Shown here piece by piece: positions 1-13,975 of a DNA stretch of 64,000 nucleotides. Source of the stretch: Prorocentrum cordatum (lineage: Eukaryota); NCBI GenBank assembly GCA_963575745.1, contig CAUYUJ010000183.1, positions 1 through 64,000 of the forward strand, written 5' to 3'. The notes below the pieces were generated by a model. It was not told the origin of the DNA. It was given only the letters and a program-made list of their open reading frames with translations, and made no database searches. Each line of letters begins with the position of its first letter. Within the stretch, counting starts at the first letter, position 1. The position numbers were made by a program, and so were the translations under genes.

Positions 1-32
<32 letters not shown>

Positions 33-33
33 C

Positions 34-73
<40 letters not shown>

Positions 74-156
74 TAGTAGTAGTAGTAGCAGTAGTAGTGG
101 TAGTAGTAGTAGTAAAAGTAGTAGTAGTAGTATTCGTGATATTCGTAGTGGTAGTC

Positions 157-203
<47 letters not shown>

Positions 204-678
204 TGTCGTAGTAAGAGTAGTAAGAGTAGTAGTAGTAGTAGTCGTAGTAGTAGTGGTAGTAGAGGTAGTCGTAGTAGTAATAGTAGTAGTGGTAGTAGTA
301 GTAGTAGTAGTAGTAGTAGTAAGAGTAGTAGCAGTAGTAGTAGTAACAGTCGTAGTGGTAGTAATAGTGGTCGTAGTACAAGTAGTCGTAGTCGTAGTCG
401 TAGCGATAGTACTCGTTGACGCCATAATGGTAGTAGTAGTCGTAGTAGTAGTAGTAGTAGTAGTAGCAGCAGTAGTAGTAGTAGTAGCAGTCGTAGTCGT
501 TGTCGTAGTCTTATTCGTAGTCGTAGTAGTAGTCGCAGTAGTAATAGGAGTAGTAGTAGTAGCCGTCGTCGTCGTAGTCGTGGTGGTAGTAGAAATAGTA
601 ATAGTAGTAATAGTAGTAGTAGTAGTAGTAGAAGTAGTAGTACTAGTAGTAGTAGTAGTAGTAGTAGTAGTCGTAGTC

Positions 679-719
<41 letters not shown>

Positions 720-754
720 GGTGGTGGTGGTGTAGTAGTAGTAGTAGTAGAATC

Positions 755-793
<39 letters not shown>

Positions 794-960
794 AGTAGTA
801 GTAGTCGTAGTCGTAGTGTAGTAGTAGTAGAAAAGAAGCAGAAGTAACAGTCGTAGTGCTAGTAGTAGTCGTAGTAAACGTCGAAGTAGTCGTAGTAGTA
901 AGTAGTAGTATAGTAGTAGTAGTACTAGTACTAGTAGTAGTAGTAGTGGTAGTGGTAGTG

Positions 961-1004
<44 letters not shown>

Positions 1005-1063
1005 CGTAGTAATATTCGTAATATTGATATTAGTAGTAGTAGTAGTAGTGGTGGTCGTAGTAA

Positions 1064-1112
<49 letters not shown>

Positions 1113-1135
1113 GGTGGTGGTGGTGGTGGTGGTAA

Positions 1136-1188
<53 letters not shown>

Positions 1189-1230
1189 ATATGTGGTGGT
1201 AATAGTAGTAGTAGTAGTAGTAGTAGCAGC

Positions 1231-1265
<35 letters not shown>

Positions 1266-1358
1266 TAGTAGTAGTAGTAGTAGTAGTAGTAACCGTAGTT
1301 GTAGTCGTAGTCGTGGTCGTGGTCGTGGTCGTAGTCGCAGTAGTAGTGGTAGTAATGG
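1..1358. repeat. Degenerate (GTA)n/(GTG)n microsatellite
   Basis: Direct reading; it produces the spurious poly-Val/poly-Ser ORFs. Confidence 0.97.
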
Positions 1359-1680
1359 TACGCAAAAATGCAATCCGCGAGCGGGCGGGCCCCTCGGCAT
1401 GTGAGATGGCGCAGGCCTGTAGGCCAACCGACAAACCAATCAACCAGCAAGGCAGGCAACCAACCAGCCAACCAGCCAGCGAGCCAACCAAGCAGCCAAC
1501 CAGCCAAAGAACCAGCCAGCCAGCCAACCAGGCCACCAACCAACTGCCAACCAGCCGCGAGGGGGCGGAGCGTGCCGAGAGGAATCTCTGAATAAAACTG
1601 GTGGTGGCGGCACGCAAAAATGCAATCCGAGATCGGGTTTTTCTAGCCACGGCGGCGAGCGGTTGTCCCCGCGGGCAGCT

Positions 1681-1845
1681 GAGGAATTCCGAAGAATCCG
1701 AAGGAATCCTGAGGAACTCCGAAGAATCCGAAAGAATCCTGAGGAACTCCGAAGAATCCGAAGGAATCCTGAGGAATTCCGAAGAATCCGAAGGAATCCT
1801 CAGGAATTCCGAAGAATCCGAAGGAATCCTGAGGAATTCCGAAGA
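1681..1845. repeat. 30-bp tandem repeat (GAGGAATTCCGAAGAATCCGAAGGAATCCT), about 5.5 copies
   Basis: Near-identical units visible at 30-bp spacing. Confidence 0.95.
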
Positions 1846-3299
1846 TCCCATCCATGGTTGTAATTGGTCTCACTTCTGGTTGGAATTGGTCTCATTTCTG
1901 GTTGCAATTCGCTCCGAACGGTTGGAATTGGGACCAGTCGGTTGTAATTCGTTCCATTTCGCCCCCGCCCCCCCGCGGCGTGCCTGGCGGCGCACGTGTG
2001 CCGCGGGCCCTCGGCGGCCTCTGCGGGGTTCTGCCCGGCGCGCTCTCCCGTCGCGTCCGCGCCGCCCAGCAGTGGACGCACCCACCCACCCTGAGGACTG
2101 CGGCGAGCGCATGCGATCAGAAAGCTTGGTGCAGGGAGTGGTGCAAAGGGCAAGGCCGTCGTCTGTCGCGGCGCTTCCCGAGGTGCCGCCCCAAAGGCCA
2201 TCGGGGGAGGAGGCACCTCTGTGGGCCGCCTGCGGGCGGGCCGGCTTCTCGTGCCTGCTGCGCTCCGCGCCCCCACCAGGGGCTGCAGCTTCACGTCCGG
2301 CGCCGCTCTCCAAGGCGTTTTCCTCCTCCTCCTCCTCCTCCTCCTCCTCCTCCTCCTCCTCCTCCCCCTCCTCCTCCTCCTCCTCCTCCTCCTCCTCCTC
2401 CTGGGCTGAAGCTTCACTTCCGGCGCCGCTCTCCAAGGCCCGTGTGGTCCCGTCGAAGTTACGCCCGCAGCAGGCGTTGCGCTCCAGTTGCGATGATCTC
2501 CCCCCCCCCCCCCTGCGCTCCAGCCTCGCCCTCCAAGGGATCGACGACCTTCTGGGCTTCCGACGGCTCGGGGTCGTCGAGCGCTTCCAGGGGCCGTTTT
2601 CGGGGGCACTGGGGCAGTCAACCAGTGCCCCCGGTCGACTCACTGCCCCCAGGGAAGGGGGCGGGAGACGTCTGGCGCCCGCGGCGTCAATCCGAGCGCC
2701 TGGCTTGACTTTCCCTCCTCGGTGAAGGGGGGCGGGGGGCCAGCGGACACAAAATGTGGGCAGGAGCCAAAAGTTGCTCCCCCCCCCATCTCTAAGAAGG
2801 GCCATGGCCTGTTCTGATTGACGGCAGTATGTCCCCGTACTGCGCTGGTCAGCCCGTCGTCGCCTTCCCTGTTAGTACCCATCCACGAGAGTCAAGACTC
2901 GAATCCAGAAGAGCCGAGTCGGCGATCGAAATTAATCGCATCGGCGGAAATCTGCAACCAAGTCGGGAGAAGTCGAATCGGCGGACATCGGCAAGCTAGC
3001 TGCAGAACTTCGTGACCTTTGTTGAGCGTCGACATCTGTTTATGAGATGGGAGGAAGTCTGGGGACAAGGGCGAGGAACAGGAGGATGAGAACGCCACTT
3101 TTTGAGCCGCTTACCACTCCAGTGCGAATATTGGGCGAGGCGCTGGACAACCGACGGATCCCTGGTACGCACTACGGCGAGGCTGCAGCCAGGCCTTGGC
3201 CTCGTGCTTCTACTCGTCGCCCTCGCCCCTCTCGCCAGTCCTCCTCTCTCATCTCTGGCGCTCCTCCTCCCTACCCCTCCCTTCTCTCAGTCATCCTGC

Positions 3300-3965
3300 G
3301 GTTCCTCCTCCTCCTCCTCCTCCTCCTCCTCCTCCTCCTCCTCCTCCTCCCCCATCCCTCCTCCTCGCTCCTGCTCCCTCTCCGATTTCATCCACGTCCT
3401 GATCTCCCTTCTCCTCGGTCTAGCCTCCCTGCCCTCGTCCTGGAACCTCGGTCGCTCCTTCCACCTCCGCCTCTTCCTCCCGCCTCCTGGCCCTCCCGCC
3501 GTGTGTGTTCCCGTGCTTCCCCTCCCCCTGAGACTCCTCCGCCATCCTCCTCTTGGATCCCCCCTCCCCATGGTGCTCCCGCCGTTCCTCCTCTCCCCTC
3601 CTCCTCCTCCTCCTCCTCCTCCTCCTCCTCCTCCCTCCTCCCCCCTCCCCCTCCTCCTCCTCCTCCTCCTCCTCCTCCTCCCCCTCCTCCTCCTCCTCCT
3701 CCTCCTCCTCCTCCTCCTCCTCCTCCTCTCCTCCTCCTCCTCCTCCTCCTCCTCCTCCCTCCTCCTCCTCCTCTCCTCCTCCTCCTCCTCCTCCTCCTCC
3801 TCCTCCTCCTCCTCCTCCTCCTCCTCCTCCTCCTCCTCCTCCTCCTCCTCCTCCTCCTCCTCCTCCTCCTCCTCCTCCTCCTCCTCCTCCTCCTCCTCCT
3901 CCTCCTCCTCCTCCTCCTCCTCCTCCTCCTCCTCCTCCTCCTCTCCTCCTCCTCCTCCTCCTCCT
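3300..3965. repeat. (TCC)n/(GGA)n purine-pyrimidine microsatellite tract, one of many (e.g. also 25180-25440, 27140-27450, 38344-38760, 62975-63480)
   Basis: Direct reading. Confidence 0.95.
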
Positions 3966-4959
3966 CTCTCCCCTTCCTTTACTCGCTCCCCTGCCCCCTG
4001 GGGGGACGAAAACCTACCCACTCCGCTACTCCGTGTGACCCCTCCTGGGATGCCGAACCCAGACGCGATGACATCGGTACCTCTTCCTCCTCGTGATCCC
4101 CTGCCCTCCCCCCTCTCGCTCACGAGCGGCGAGAACATGTCCGTGCCCGCGCCCCTCGCGGTCTGGACCCACGGGGCGCGCGCCCGCGGATACACGAGAT
4201 CGCACGGAGCACGTTCCGCGCGGAGCATCGGAGAACAAGTGTCGCGCATCCGCAGGGCCCCGCCCGCGAGGCTGCGGATGCGGAGATGCGATTCTCGAGC
4301 GGGGACCGGTCGTCCTGGCATTCCTTCAGGCTCACCACGAAATGAGAGCCGGGCTAACTTCTATAATGACACTTGCTCCGACGGAAATTGGGACCTCACA
4401 GGAAAACCTACTCATCTCGCCCGTCGCCCTTTTCCTCTTCGACTGGCGCAGGCCCTCCTCCCGCTCTTGCGTCCTCCTCATCATCATCGTCATTATCGCC
4501 CTACCCGTTCCGTTTCTTATCCTCCTTCTCCTCCTCCTCCTCCTCCTCCTCCTCCTCCTCCTCCTCGTCCCTCTCCTCCTCATACTCCCCCTCCTCCTCC
4601 TCCTCGTGCTTTTTTCCTCCTCCACCTCCTCCTCCACCTTACCCTCCTTCTAACCCTCATCGCCATCCCGCCTGCTCTCCTCATGCACCTCTTTTTCCTC
4701 CTGACAGGGGCGCGCATGTCGACTTTCCACATCCTCTTCCCCCTCCGCCTCACCCTCCTCCACCACGTCCTCACACTCTTCCTCCTCCTCCTCCTCCTCC
4801 TCCTCCTCCTCCTCCTCCTCCTCCTCCTCCTCCTCCTCCGCCCCTCACTCAAACCTTCTGTCCACTGGCGCCTCTGCGCAGCTCCAGACCAGCGCCAAAG
4901 AGACCCCGGAAACGACCCCCTCGCCATGCAAGCCTGCGCCGTCACACGCGATGCACTCA

Positions 4960-6170
4960 CAGACGAAGCTCCCACTCGAGACTTCCTCCATATTCAAGCC
5001 TGGGAAGCTCTAACATGACGACAAATACAAGGATCCCGATGACCCGCTCGGATTACCAACATGACGTGCGGGCCCCATAGGGAAGGGGCTTCCGCTCGAG
5101 ACATCCTCCGCATTCAGGCCACAGGAGCCCAACAACGACGACAGTTACAAGATCACGATGGCCCGCCTCGGAGTCGAATATGAAGTGCGGGCCCCAAAGG
5201 GAAAGGGCTCCCGCCTGAGACGTCCTCGCGACTCACTCACAGAGGAGGCCCCCGCCTGAGACTTCCTCAAGATTCAGGCCTGAGGAGCTCAAAAGTGAAG
5301 GCAGTTACAGGATTTGGATGACCCTCTCGGATTCCAACATGAAGTGCGGGCCCCATAGGGAGGGGACTCCCGCTTGACATTCGTCGCGATTCTCTCACAA
5401 ACGAGGCTCCCGTCTGAGACTTTCTGTATGTCCGAGCCTGAGGAGCTCAACAGTGACGACTGCGATATGATTTGGATGACCCGCCCGGATTCGAACATGA
5501 ACTGCAAACCCCAAGGGGGGGGGCTCCCACCTGAGAGTTCCTCGCGAGTCACCCACAGACGAGGCTCCCGCCTGACACTTCCTCTACGTTCAGGCCTGAG
5601 GAGACCCAAACTGACGACAAGTGCAGGATTCGGATTACCCGTTCGGCTCTCCCGCATGAGACTTCCGCAAGATTCAGGTCTGAGGGCCTCACACATGACG
5701 ACAGGTGCAAATCTGCAGGACCCGCTCGTATTCGAACATGTCATGCGGGCTCCACAGGGAGGGGGCTCCCGCCTGAGATTTCCTCTAAATTTATGCACAG
5801 ACGAGGCTCCCGTCTGAGACTTCCTCAAAATTCAAGACTGAGAATTCGTCGCGATTCTCTCACATACGAGGCTCCAGTCTGTGACTTCTTCTATGTTCAA
5901 GCCTGAGAAGCCCAAACATGACGACTACTACATGATTTGGATGACCCGCTCAGATTCGAACATGAGATGCTTGCCCCATACGGGGGGGTCCCGCCAGAGA
6001 TTTCGTCGCGATCCACCCAAAAACGAGGCTCCCGTCTGAGACTTCCTCAAGATTCAGCAGGCCTGGGGAGCCCAAAAGCGACGACAATTACAGGATTTGG
6101 GTGACCCGCTTGGGTTCGAACATGAAGTGCGGGCCCCATAAGGAGGGAACTCCCGCCAGAGACTTCCTAC
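4960..6170. repeat. Degenerate tandem array of ~120-160-bp units (core GGCTCCCGYCTGAGACTTCCTC...ATGACCCGCTCGGATTCGAACATGAAGTGCGGGCCCC)
   Basis: Core motifs recur about 7-8 times; related motifs occur in reverse orientation near 62350-62640. Confidence 0.8.
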
Positions 6171-8149
6171 GGGCGATGACTTGACGATGAGTGAGTGGGT
6201 GATGAGTGAACGTGACTGCGCGAGTGAGTGAAGTGTGAGTGGTTGATGACGACGATTGCCGGATGAAATGACATGAGTGATGGTGAATGTTAATGCTATG
6301 GTAATGAATGAGTGGGTGTGAATAAATGATCGAGTGAGCGGGCAATCAGGCTGATCGGTGATCATGATGGGATGGTGACGACAGGAGGAGGGGATGAGGT
6401 GTGAGGTTCCTACGCTGAGGTATGCAAAGAAAGCAAGAACCTCACGTAGGATGTGGGCGACAACAATGATCTTAGAACATAAGCCCGATGTATTAAAGCA
6501 AGACGGTCTCAGACAGACATATTCTAACAACAGCTCGCGCAAACCACTCGACGCTCTTAGCACAGTCTTTGGTGGGCCGGTCGACCAGCCGAAACGTCTC
6601 GCAACTGCTTGATATCTGCCCACGCACGCCCTGTGCTCCTCCTCTCCTGCCCCCCCCCTCCGGCTGCGGTGGCACCGCCGGGGCCGGGCCAGCGTCGCTG
6701 CTCTGCGCACGCCGCCCGCGGCCACGGGGAAACGCATACAAGAAAGAACGAGGGCCGCCTCCGCCGGCCGCCTGGCGCGGGCCTCAGCCGTCGGGAAAAT
6801 GCAGGTGCACGGGTCTCCCTCCCTCCTCCTCCTCGTACTTTTCCTCCTCCTCCTCCTCCTCCTCCTCCTCCTCCTCCTCCTCCTCCTCCTCCTCCTCCTC
6901 TCCCTTATCCTCCTCCTCGTCTTCCTCCTGCTCCACCTCCTCGTCGTCCTCCTCCCTCCGTCTCCTACGTTGGCTCTTCCCCTTCTCTCCCCCCTAACCC
7001 CTTCCCCGTCCTCCTCCGACCCCCCCAAATGTCCACACACACACACACACACCTCGCAGTCCATCCTTGTCCCCACCACCGTCATCTTCCACCTCCTTCA
7101 CCCCCCTCCTGTACCCGATTGGCCACCTCCGTCTGCGAAACGAGGTTTTGCTGCGAATCAAGGTTTAGCTTTTCAGTCGATTTAGATTTGAGGCTCCATT
7201 ATGATGCATTGCCTTGTCTTGTCGCATCTTCGTGCTCCTCCTCCTCCTCCTCCTCCTCCTCCTCTTCCTTCTCGCCTATCTCGTTTTCCTTCTCGCCTAA
7301 CTCATCCACAGGCTCAGCCTTCTCCTCCTTCTGTTCCGCCTCTTCGTCGTCACCATTCTCCTCCTCCTCCTCCTCCTCCTTCTTCTCTTATTCCGAATGC
7401 ACGTGTCCTGCGCAGCTCCTGGGAGCGCAGGAGGACCAACGCACGAACAGCAGTGGCACCACGTCTGGGCGAGGCGCAGGCTTCAGAATTCGAAGGGTAC
7501 AAACAGCGACCCCCCCGGAGCCCTCCCCGTATGGCGTCTCCTCCTCCTCCTCCTCCTCCTCCTCCTCCTCGTCCTCCAGCCCTTCCCCGAAGCTCCGACG
7601 TCCTGACTTTTGCGCAGCGCGGATCCCCAGAAATCCGGACCCAGGAGCAGATGTTGCACCCCGAGTCGTTTTTTGACGGCCCCGCGACCCAGTAAGGGCC
7701 CCCCCTGATTGCCGAAACCGCCCAAGCAAGTCCCGTCGATACTTGGTTCACGTCGCAAGGGAATATGTGTCTTCTCGCCCCACTGTTTCTTCTCCTCCTC
7801 CTCCTCTTCATGCTACAGTTCCTTCTCTCGATCTCATCCCCGTCCTCATTCCCTGCGTCACCCTCTAGCTCCTCCTACTCATCCTGCTCCTGGCCGCCGT
7901 GCTCCTTTTCTCCTCCAGGATTTCTCCAACCCATTTCCTCATTACCCTCCTCCTCATCCTCCTCATTTACCTTCTCTTCCTCCCCGTGTCTTTTCTCCCC
8001 TCTCTGCTTGCTTGGCTTCACTATTATAAGCCAATCCTTTGGGTCTACCCCTCCTCATTTCATCATTCCTCATGCTGCTCCGCCTTCTCTTGATCCTACA
8101 CCTCCTCACCCTTCTCCGTCCCAGCTGCCGCTGCTCACTGGGTTCCCCC

Positions 8150-8358
8150 ATCATCATCAGCATCATCAGCATTATTACTATTATCATCATCAGCATCATC
8201 ATGATCATCATGATCATCATCATCATCATCATCATCAGCATCAGCAGCATCATCATCATCATCAGCATCATCATCATCATCATGTTCATCATCATCATCA
8301 TCATCATCACCATCATCAGCATCATCATCATCATCATCATCATCATCAGCAGCAGCAA

Positions 8359-8425
<67 letters not shown>

Positions 8426-8770
8426 GTCACCATCAGCATCAGCAACATCATCATCATCGTCAGCATCAGCATCCACATCATCATCACCACCACCACCACC
8501 TCCATCATCATCATCATAATCATCATCATCATCATCATCATCATAATCACCATCATCATCATCATCACCATCGTCGTCATCACTGGCACCGACACCATCG
8601 ACATACAAGTCCATAGCATCAGCATCATCATCACCACCATCATCACCTGCATCATCATCCTTATCATCATCCTCATCATCATCATCGTACTCAGCATCAT
8701 CACCATGATCACCACCACCATCACCATCATCATCAATCACCACCATCATCAGCATCATCGACCACCAACA
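8150..8770. repeat. Degenerate (CAT)n microsatellite
   Basis: Direct reading. Confidence 0.95.
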
Positions 8771-10094
8771 TGAATGGGCGTCAACTGGTTCGACCACGAT
8801 CAATTATCGGAATCACATTGTGCACCCCACTGCATCACCGTCACTGGGTCTGCAGTGCGGCTTTGAGGGGGCTGGCATCGTAAGCTGGCGGAAAGGTCTA
8901 TTGATATGAACATCGATTGCATCCACGCGTTCGCATGTCATGTGCCCCCATCTCGATGTCGTACTTTTGGCACCCGCAGACGCGAACCACCGTAACGACA
9001 TGTTGCACCCCCCCACTGCCCACATGCCATACAATGCGAAACCTCCTTCTCCTCCTCCTCCATACCAACGCAACGTTTTGGTACCGACACGGCTGTTCAA
9101 TGAGCGCTGTTGTGTTCTTGGTGCCAGCCATTTCAAAAACAATCCGCCGACCCTGCTGGCGTGTGTGAGGCTTTTCCGTTCGAGTCGTCGTCGTCGCTGC
9201 CGCTCCCCCCCCTGACGCTGTTCCGTCTGAAATGACGTCGTCGTCGTCGCCGTCGCTCCCCCCCTTTCCCTCTGCCCTCGACCTCAAGCGTTCCAGCCCA
9301 GAGGGGAATCGAGCAACGTCGTCATCGAGCCGAACGAAGCCCCATTCCTTTGAATCTCCCCCCGCCGAGTGAGTGGGAGTTGGGCGAACAGTGGGGGGGA
9401 GCGAGGGGGGGGGGGGGGCGTCCTGTGGGAGGTCCTCGTGAAGGAGCACCCTCCCCTGGGAGAAGCAAGCTTGCCCACTTGTACCGCGGCTTGCTCCAAG
9501 AGGGCCCTGACACAGCCAGCCAAAGGTCGCGTCAAGACGGCATAAGGTAACCTCGAGACATCCTCGGAAACCCTCAAAACGCTCCAAGAGGGCGCCATGC
9601 GGACCCCAAAGGGGGCCGAAGAGGGCCCCCAGAAGCGAACATCACGGATTGCAACTCGGATGCTATGTGCTTCTTCCCATGCTCGCCTTCTCGTCTTCGT
9701 GTCGTTGCCGTCGCCGTCGCAGTCGCCGTCGCCGTCGCCGTCGCCGCCGTCCCCCTTCCGGGTCGGCGGCAGCGGCCGTAGGGCCTTCGCCATAGCAGGG
9801 TGCACCCCCACCCCGCCAAAGGCGAGGCAAAGGTGCTAGACCAGCCTTTGCCGCTCTCCACTCAGGTCTAGCATCGATCCGTTGCTGAATCCAGGTCCAC
9901 CCCCCAAATCCTGGGTCCCCCCTCCCCAGAGCTCAGAGCTTATCACAAGCGCCGAAGGGCCAAGCCTCCCAAATACCTCTCAAAAGTGACGCCAGATCTT
10001 CCGCCACACAGTTGGAGGAGGGTCACACACACACACACATTCTCCCCTCCTTCTCCCCAAATTTCGCCCGCTCCTCCTTCTCCTCCTCCATGCC

Positions 10095-10750
10095 CTTTCC
10101 TGATGAATAACTCCTCCCTGCCGAAAGGCGGGGCGGGCGCTTCGCCTGAGACTTCCTTACCCCTCATGAGCCTGAGCTTTCAAAACTGACAAGAGCTTCG
10201 GACGGTTCGTTTTCAACATGTGGCTCTCGCATGAATGCCGCGCACGCTCGCTCCAAACATCTGCAAGATCTTCGCGGATTGGGGGCAAGTGGTTTTCAAA
10301 ATGGTGGCTCTCGCCGGATCGCCGCGCACATTCGTTTTAACACCCTGCAAGGGCTTCACGCATTGAGCACAGGTGGTTTTCAGAAAATGGCTCTCGCTTT
10401 AGCGCCGCACACACTCGCTATACACATTCGAAGAACTTAGCATATTGAGGGCGGCTCCTTTTCAAAATGTGGTTCTCGCCTCAGCGCCACGCGCATTCGA
10501 ATTAAAACTTTGCAAGGACTTCACGGGTTGAGGGCGGTTCCTTTAAACAAATGTAGCTCTCGCCAGAACGCCGCGCACATTCGTTTGAACATAGTTGGGA
10601 AAATTTGACTGATTCTCATGGTGAACGTGGTCTGGCACGATGCATGATCGTCAAGACGCAACAGTCAGGTTTACCCGTGGCGTTGACGTCATGAGAATGG
10701 TGCTTCGGCACGCTTTAGGATCGTCAAACGGTCGTCTCCCAACGGGGTCC
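10095..10750 (+). repeat. Composite repeat copy A: left flank, ~5 units of an ~82-bp minisatellite, right flank
   Basis: Unit TTTTCAAAATGTGGCTCTCGCCTGAGCGCCGCGCACATTC...; flanks TTTCCTGATGAATAACTCCTC and TCTGGCACGATGCA...TCTCCCAACGGGG are shared with copy B. Confidence 0.8.
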
Positions 10751-12656
10751 TTCCTTCAGTGGATCTGAACCAGTGTATGGAGCCTATGCCGAGGGAGCTG
10801 TGAGGGAGGGTCGATTCCAACATCTTTGACAAATATTGGGTTTACATTGTTCACCCTCCTCCTCCTCCTCCTCCTCCTCCTCGTCCTCGTCCTCCTCCTC
10901 CTCCTCCTCCTCCTCCTCCCGCACGTGGGAGAGCACCGCCACAGGGTCCGCACCTGGCGGCTAGCTTCCCCAGCGCCGCGCGGCCAAGCCTGCTCAGGGC
11001 TCTGGGCCACACAGAGAATCTCGAGTGGGCAGCAGACCGATCGAGGTAGAGAAGCACCGGTTCGAACGGCCAAGGACCCATGGGGCTGTTGAAAGTTCCC
11101 ATGCCTCGCAGGTAATTTCCCATGCCGCCCACCCCCAGTCGCATTTGCATCGGGATGGTACGCATTCGGGTAAAACTCGAGTCACGAATGATCCAATGTG
11201 AATGCAAGTGGCCATCTCAAATGCGAGTCGAAACCGACCCGCGTTAGAGTAACCAACGCATCGCGTTCGACTCACACTGAACACCAAGAACCCCACACAA
11301 GACGCCTGTGATAAGCGAACACAACTATGACCGTGACATCGACGAGTAAGCGACCGTCCTGAATGCGCATATCCCTGGAGGTCCAGACGGCCAGCGATAC
11401 TGTATTCACACAGCGCACGACGATGGAGACAGGGGGGGAGAGGGATGAGAGGGAGGAGGCGAAGGAGGAGAAGGTCGAGCACCACAGGGGACTTGCGGAT
11501 CGGCCCTTACACCCGGAAGTGACCTGCGAACCCCAAATCCAATGTGCTTCACGTTTGGCAGCAGCATGAAGTATACTTATACTTGAATCGCACCCAACTT
11601 GAAATGCTACTCATGTTTGGGTAGCGGTACAGCCCACTTGTGGCAAACATGTGGTTCACAGGATCCCTCCATTTGATTTGCCGTTCCATCACATGTGTTT
11701 TAGATTAGCTTGGGAGCACCATATTGACGGTCAATTCGCATTGGACGTACAGGTAGTCTACAACTGTCTGCAAGACCTTATAGACGTCAGGACACCATAG
11801 GGGCACAACTAGGAAGCCATAGGGAAACAACCTCGACGTCATCAACTGGCCGCCAATACACCACCAACAGACCATCCAGCCACCATCGGCGCACAATCCT
11901 TACCCTGGGGTTAGCCTTCGGGTCGCCATCACCAAGCATCGGGGCGCTGCCGCACAACCGAGGCGCACAACCGAGGCCGCCTACCACAGTCACGAAACTC
12001 GAGATGTGATGTTCTAGTCTGGGAGGCCTAGCAAGTGCTTCGCTACCTCGATCTCTGGTCTGCGCGGTGCGCTGCGGGGGGCATGTTCATAAGAGCAAAC
12101 TGCAACATGCAGCGCCACGGACGGCTCAGCATCCCGAAGCGGGGCACATGGGTCGTGCCTTCTCCAACTCCACTCTGTTTCCCTGACCGACCCGAACCCA
12201 AAGCAGAGCCGAATCAGACACCCCGCTGTGCTCAGTCCATCTCGTCGAAGATCAGCGCGAGTACCAGCAACGTGCCGCCACAACATTGAGCTGCTCTCCA
12301 CCCCCGGTTCACCCACTTCTCCCGCTCCACTGGGTCTTTCGGGAGGACGCAGTCGGCATTCATGAGGGACTGCGGGAAGCTGAGACCCCACTGAGACTCT
12401 GGCGGGTCCGTGTCCTTGGATAGGTCTGCATAAACCTCCCCTCCTTCTCCTCTCCAACCTCCTCCTCCGTTCTGTTTGCGCAGACTACAACTTCGGATAC
12501 ATATTACCCACGTCCTCGTCGGAAGAGTCGTCATCCTTCTCCTCCTCCTCGAGGCACCCGCGGTCGAGCTTGTGAGGGAACATGAACCCCTCGTACCTGC
12601 CGCGGCACGATCGGGCAGGCAGCTGTCATGTTGGGGCGAGCCACGCGTCCTCCATT

Positions 12657-13975
12657 CATTTTCCTGATGAATAACTCCTCTCTGTCGCGCCCACAGACTT
12701 GTCCGTAGGGCGGGCCAGGCGTTTCGCCTGAGTCTCCCCTCCGCTTACGACCTTGAGCTTAAAATCTGGAACTGCTTAAACGACGGAGGACGGGTAGTTT
12801 TCAACATGTGGCTCTCGCCTGAGCGCCGAGCAAATTTGGTTCCAACAGTTGCAAGAGCTTGACGGATGGAGGGCGGGCCGTTCACAAAATGTGGTGCTCG
12901 CCTGAGCGCCGCGCACATTCGTCTTGAAAATTGCAAGAGCTCCTCAGATGGAGGGCGGGTCGTTCTCAAAATGTGGCTCTCGCCGAAGCGCCGCGCACAT
13001 TCGATTCCAAGAGTTGCAAGAGCTGCACGGACGGAGAGCGGTTCGTATTCAAACTGTGGGTCTCGCCTGAGCGCCGAGCACATTCGGCTTGAAAAACTGC
13101 AGGAGCTTCACAGATGGAGGGCGAGTCGTTTTCAAAATGTAGCTCTCGCCTGAGCGCCGCGCATATTCCTTCAAACGTATGCAAGAGCTTCGCGGATTGA
13201 GGGCGGGCCGTTTTCAACACGGCGGCTCTCGCCTTACGCTTCGCACATCAGTCGTACAAGTTTGCAAGAGTTTCACAGGTGTACGGCGGTTCGTTTCGAA
13301 GTGTGGCTCTCGCTTGGGCGCCGCGCACATTCTTCTTAAGCTTGTGCAAGAGCTTCACGCATGGAGGGCGGGTAGGTTTCAAAATGTGGCTCTCACTTGA
13401 GCACCGCGCACATCCATCTTAAAAGTACGCAATGTTTTCACAGATGGTGGGCGGGTCGTTTTCAAAATGTGGCTCGCGGCTGAGCGCCGCGTACCTGCGT
13501 GGAGGGGGGGCGCGCCGGATTCAAAATGTGGCTCTCGCCTTAGCGCCGCGCACATTCGATGTCAACAGCTGCAAGAACTGCGCGGATTCAAGGCGGGTCG
13601 TTTTCAAAATGTGGCCCTCGCCTGAGCGCCGCACACATTCGTCCGAAAAGCCAGCAAGAACTTCACGGATCGAGGGCGGCTCATTTTCAAAATGTGGCCC
13701 TCCCCTTAGCGTCGCGTGCATCCGGCGTTCAAACAACAGAAATTGCTGAACCGATTCTTATTGTTGACATCCCGGGACTGAATTCCGGCACGACGTAGGA
13801 TTGTCAGGGCGCAAAAGTCAAGTTCTTTCGCTGAGTTGAAATCACAGGAACGGCGTTCTGGCACGATGCAGGATCGCCAGGACGCAACAGGAAAGTTGAT
13901 TCGCGGCGTTGACGTCGAAGGAGTGGTGTTTTGGCACGATTCAAGATTCTCAGACGTTTGTCTCCCAACGGGGCA
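12657..13975 (+). repeat. Composite repeat copy B: same flanks, ~11-12 units of the ~82-bp minisatellite
   Basis: Unit spacing 82-83 bp (e.g. 12886, 12968, 13051, 13134); flanks homologous to copy A. Confidence 0.85.

Noticed and set aside
67..8803. Long poly-Val/Ser/Pro/His/Asp/Glu ORFs (and similar ORFs throughout the window)
   Set aside because: Translations of trinucleotide microsatellites; no domain content.
10990..12460. Complex, coding-like sequence between the two composite repeats
   Set aside because: Stops in all frames and no recognisable motif; may be a decayed element but cannot be assigned by eye.
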